DNA of 62,903 nucleotides, the filler included, from Asterionella formosa (lineage: Eukaryota): NCBI GenBank assembly GCA_002256025.1. It is 18 parts of 18 records of this genome, joined end to end, with 100 filler letters (N's around TTAATTAATTAA, not from the genome) between each part and the next. Parts side by side here need not be neighbours in the genome. Positions count along the whole stretch, not along the records: positions 59,090 to 60,946 come from NKIB01001007.1; positions 61,047 to 62,903 come from NKIB01001008.1; 16 more parts are not named here. One strand, given 5' to 3'. The position numbers and the translations under genes were made by a program. The notes beneath the pieces were generated by a model. It was not told the DNA's origin. It searched no databases and was given only the letters and a program-made list of their open reading frames with translations. This document shows positions 59,113-62,903 of the stretch, in pieces (position 1 is the stretch's first letter; every line of letters begins with the position of its first letter).

Positions 59113-59781
59113 ATGAACCGCATCCCTCTTCTCCTCCTACTCTTGGCTTTCGCCAATGTACAGGCTTTTGCACCCATTTCTTGCTTGCATCGAGGAACAG
59201 CGTTGAAGGTAAGAACTACGGAGTTCGCAAAATACCGGCTAGCGGCTATTACGAAAAGAGAACTCTATATTGCAATTTGAATACTATATATTGTGACTCA
59301 GTTAAGTCTTTCTCTCGAACCTCCCAAAATACAGGCTATTGTTGATGAAGTCACTGCGGAGATGAAAATCGCCATGAAGGCAAAGGATACTGCCACTCTA
59401 CAAGCAGTACGCCTCATTCGGAACGCCTTTGCCAACGCGGCCATTGAAGAAAGGACGGAAACATTGACCGATGAACAAGCACAGACGGTACTTCGAAAGT
59501 TGGCCAAAATGAGACAGGAGTCCATTGATATGTATGCAGCCAACGGGGCAAACGATCGTGCCGATGCCGAACGATCCGAGCTGGCAGTGATTGAGCGGTG
59601 GTTGCCAGCTCTAGCAGATGAATCGAAAACGAGAGCATGGGTGAAAGAGATCATTGCTGAAATGGGAGCGGAGAACCCAGGGAAAATCATGGGAGCCATG
59701 ATGCGTTCACACAAGGCAGAATTAGATGGAAATTTAGCTCAGAGGATTGTCAAAGAAGAGATTGCTGCTGCCAAAAGTTGA
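59113..59781 (+). CDS. Plastid-targeted GatB/YqeY-domain protein, 2 exons
   Basis: Exon 1 (59113-59208) encodes MNRIPLLLLLLAFANVQA-FAP. A phase-0 intron spans 59209-59301. Exon 2 encodes EMKIAMKAKD..VRLIR..KLAKMRQESIDMY..ELAVIERWLP..GKIMG. Confidence 0.9.
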
Positions 59782-60012
59782 AGATCGCTATTTGAAGAGT
59801 GCAGACTACTGGTTGCTCGATCAATGTTAATTTTGCTAACCAGTGTGGAGGCAATGTATGCTATAGCTAAGTATTAATTGTCTTTCTCGTTGATTTTGTT
59901 CACGACCACTGCAGCCTAGCTAATAACGATAGTACGATTTCATTCGGGAAGGCGTCTGCTACCGGATATTCCATCACCATCGCATGTTGCACTACTGCAA
60001 AACTCGATTTAC

Positions 60013-60921
60013 CTAGGGCGAATCATCCTCGTCACCACCACTACTTCGCTTTCTTGTAGCAAATTCCTTCAACACCTTTTGCATGTCCCCAAAGTCTTCA
60101 ACAAACCAACAAGATTTCTCCTTGACGGGCTCTCTCACGATCACACCACCAAATCCAATAAAGGCCTTTGCTGGTGGCTTGGCCTGCGCATCTGTCGCTC
60201 CATCGCCTACCATAACCATACACTTATAGCCATATTTCTCTTCAATCATCGCCAGTGCCGATGGCTTGCCCATGTCGCGACTGGTAGGCTCTTCTTCATC
60301 AAAGCCTATGTAATTCCCGGATGCATCGAACAAAATAGTGTTGGCGTAAATATTTTTCTTGCTGACGCAAACGGCAAAGGCAACTGGTTCAATCATGATG
60401 CGAAATCCGCCACTAACCAAATATACATCCTTCCCAACTTCCAGAAGCGTCTCGATCAAGTCTTCAATGCCTGGAGTCAATTGCAAAGGATTCTTTTCCA
60501 AGCATTCAAGAATCTGTCCCTTACTAGGCTTCAGTAACTCCAATCGTTGCCTCAATGCATCTTGAAACTTCATTCCCCCTTCCATCGCTTGTCTGGTGAG
60601 CGCGGCGACTGCTTCACCTTGTCCCAAATATTCTGCGAGAACATCAATGCCTTCTTCCTGAATTACGGTGCTGTCGACGTCAAAGCAGACAGCATCAGCA
60701 TTCACCAAGGCAGCCATGGCGTCAGCGACGGCCTTACCAACGAGGGGCTTGGTTCCAAAGGAAGCCATAATGTCAGCTCCGGAAGGGGCGAGCAACATTA
60801 AACTGGAGGAGTAGTTTCGAGTGCTTCGAAGGAAGGGAACAGCGCGTCTTGACAACGCATATGTGACAGCGGACATGGTGATGACAGCAATTGAGGAGGA
60901 CAGAAATGAATTGGCATTCAT
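60013..60921 (-). CDS. serB: Phosphoserine phosphatase (HAD family) with an N-terminal extension
   Basis: ADAVCFDVDSTVIQEEGID, LVSGGF, GKP and VMVGDGATD..PPAKAFIGFGG motifs in an intact ORF. Confidence 0.94.
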   Translation of the reverse strand: MNANSFLSSSIAVITMSAVTYALSRRAVPFLRSTRNYSSSLMLLAPSGADIMASFGTKPLVGKAVADAMAALVNADAVCFDVDSTVIQEEGIDVLAEYLGQGEAVAALTRQAMEGGMKFQDALRQRLELLKPSKGQILECLEKNPLQLTPGIEDLIETLLEVGKDVYLVSGGFRIMIEPVAFAVCVSKKNIYANTILFDASGNYIGFDEEEPTSRDMGKPSALAMIEEKYGYKCMVMVGDGATDAQAKPPAKAFIGFGGVIVREPVKEKSCWFVEDFGDMQKVLKEFATRKRSSGGDEDDSP

Positions 60922-62903
60922 GCGTTAGCCTTTATGCCCCGATGAANNNNNNNNNNNNNNNNNNNNNNNNNNNNNNNNNNNNNNNNNNNNTTAATTAATT
61001 AANNNNNNNNNNNNNNNNNNNNNNNNNNNNNNNNNNNNNNNNNNNNAAATGATTGAAATATTTGAATATTTTCTCGTCATACAGACAATGTTGATACAAG
61101 GCAACATATATTGTCTAGTGTAAAACGGATGACGGATTATTATGGTGCATAGATCGGTATGTGATGCATTGGAGAAATAACTTTCCTGTCTGGTATATAC
61201 TCCGTAACAGGTGCCTGCTACCTCCCCAAAGTGTGTCGATTTGCAGCAACTCAAGTGGTGCCAAGCAGTTTTTTTGGACGGATTACGTAGAAAATACTCC
61301 ATTTTTCTATGTGAGGGTCGGCTTACTCGAAAAAATGTGTTTTTTTATTAGTATTTCAGACGTGAGTATATATTAAATTATTAACATCTAAATATATGAT
61401 TCGAAACCAATTTAATATACATGTATTAACAGCTTACATGTGCATATCGCCAAATGCTGTTTTACATGGGCCGGCCTCTCAAATATTTGCAGGAAACTGA
61501 TTACAACATGTCACTATGATAACTATAACATGAATAAAGCACAGGTTGTTGCATATAAATTCTACGGTTGTTGCACTTACAAATACCATACCACCGGACA
61601 TGTGATGGTTCCAATCATCAAATCAAGTATACCGTCATTTTCGTTTTCGCCACTTTCGCAGTTGCGCATTCCATTGTCAAAGGCAAGTTACCGTTGTCCT
61701 ACTTTCACATCCTGCTTTGTATGTACGTTGAGAATAGATGGTTCAAAGAAAAAGGGTCCTCGTCGTTCATCTGCATTTTGATCGAGATGGCCATAAAGGA
61801 AAATTGAAAAACCCAAAAACGTTTTTGAAGCGTAGTTGCTTATTGTAAATTAACTACATTTGTGTTATAACTGGATATGTAGCGAAGCGCAGAGCACACA
61901 TAAGGGCAATGAAGCCGGAGAAAGTCGTACGAGTAAAAATGGCCCCAGAGAAATTTTAAGAATTGGCCAATGCATTCTTGTTTTCGCTAAGAGGGAGTAC
62001 CAAGTGTAATGGGACTTTTCCCAAACAGGGTTGAAAAAGAGAAAACTATTCGTAAATTCAACTGCCCATTGGCATTTACACCACAATTGCACCACCGATT
62101 GCACCACTGTTACTTAGAGAAACCAAAATTGCACCGTCAGATTATTCATTTATAAAATCCGTGCCACGGCCTGCACTACCGTAGTGATAGATTCTACATA
62201 GGATCACGATCAGATTCATAAAAGATATGTATTTTGTAGTAGCCAGCGGCCGTAGGCTACCCGGTGCATACATGTAATAAGACATACCGGTACTAATAAA
62301 GTATTGCTAGCATTTTGTAGTATCATATATATAGGTTACTACCGGTAATGAATTTTTAACTAAGGCACTCCTTGCTGACGTCATATTGTCGCTGCACCAC
62401 ATTGCACTACCATAGACCTACTGGTTCTACGGCATGTATTTAAAATACCGGAAGTAGAGATTTACATACCGGTAGATATATAGAAAATTAAATTGGGCAG
62501 AATAACTTCTTATTTTATGGAGTACCGGTCCGTGGTACCTGGTACCACTACCAGTACCAGGTACTTGGATGCGCATGCATATTGGTGTGAAATAATTTTG
62601 TTGGCATGAACTTTTCGTTGTCCTTGTCATTAAATATGGCGAAAACATATGATGGGTCTACAATTTGCCGAAATTCATATTTCATATTGCTACAGTTGTG
62701 CTCATTTGTATGAAGTGACGATCACTCATCACAGTAATCAATGAAGTCCATGCTGTCTAGTTAATCTCTGAAATACTACTAGCTACTAGCATGGTTTTAG
62801 TATGTTGTGACGGTTGCATGTTGGTAGTGCGACCACCATTCTAACAGCTCGTTGCATGCATGGATGTGATTTTAAAATACAATGTTAATGACTAGATATG
62901 ATC

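Noticed and set aside
59113..60921. YqeY plus SerB as a bacterial operon or contaminant
   Set aside because: The genes are convergent, and YqeY has a spliceosomal intron and a plastid-targeting leader.
61047..62903. ORFs in the last contig
   Set aside because: They are short and overlapping with non-coding-like composition. Only the TACCGGTA/GGTACC clusters are notable.

Overview
This window is not one locus. It is 18 contigs joined by 17 artificial 100-bp spacers (N44-TTAATTAATTAA-N44): seventeen contigs of about 1.86 kb, apparently size-sorted, plus one of 29.6 kb (11770-41362). The source is a eukaryote with a complex plastid, most likely a diatom, judged from short GT-AG introns, an ASAFAP-type bipartite plastid signal and diatom-type Ty1/copia elements. 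Host genes are a HEAT-repeat protein, a DENND4-like Rab GEF, a very large multi-reader CHD-type remodeller, a GT34-like glycosyltransferase, DCP1, a plastid GatB/YqeY protein, phosphoserine phosphatase and an LRR protein. The rest is largely mobile DNA: several copia pieces, Ty3/gypsy pieces, a tyrosine-recombinase remnant and a possible piggyBac relic. Five observations stand out. (1) A copia element has no tRNA-type primer-binding site; the sequence there is a perfect 16-nt complement of its own LTR 5' end, suggesting self-priming. (2) About 800 nt of densely packed hairpins precede an intact gag ORF. (3) An LRR gene has nucleotide-identical repeat scaffolds that vary almost only at three ligand-facing codons. 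(4) The CHD remodeller appears to carry HMG, bromo and PHD domains inserted inside chromodomain 2. (5) The palindrome TACCGGTA is strongly enriched in non-coding DNA. All family assignments come from motifs recognised by eye; no searches were run.
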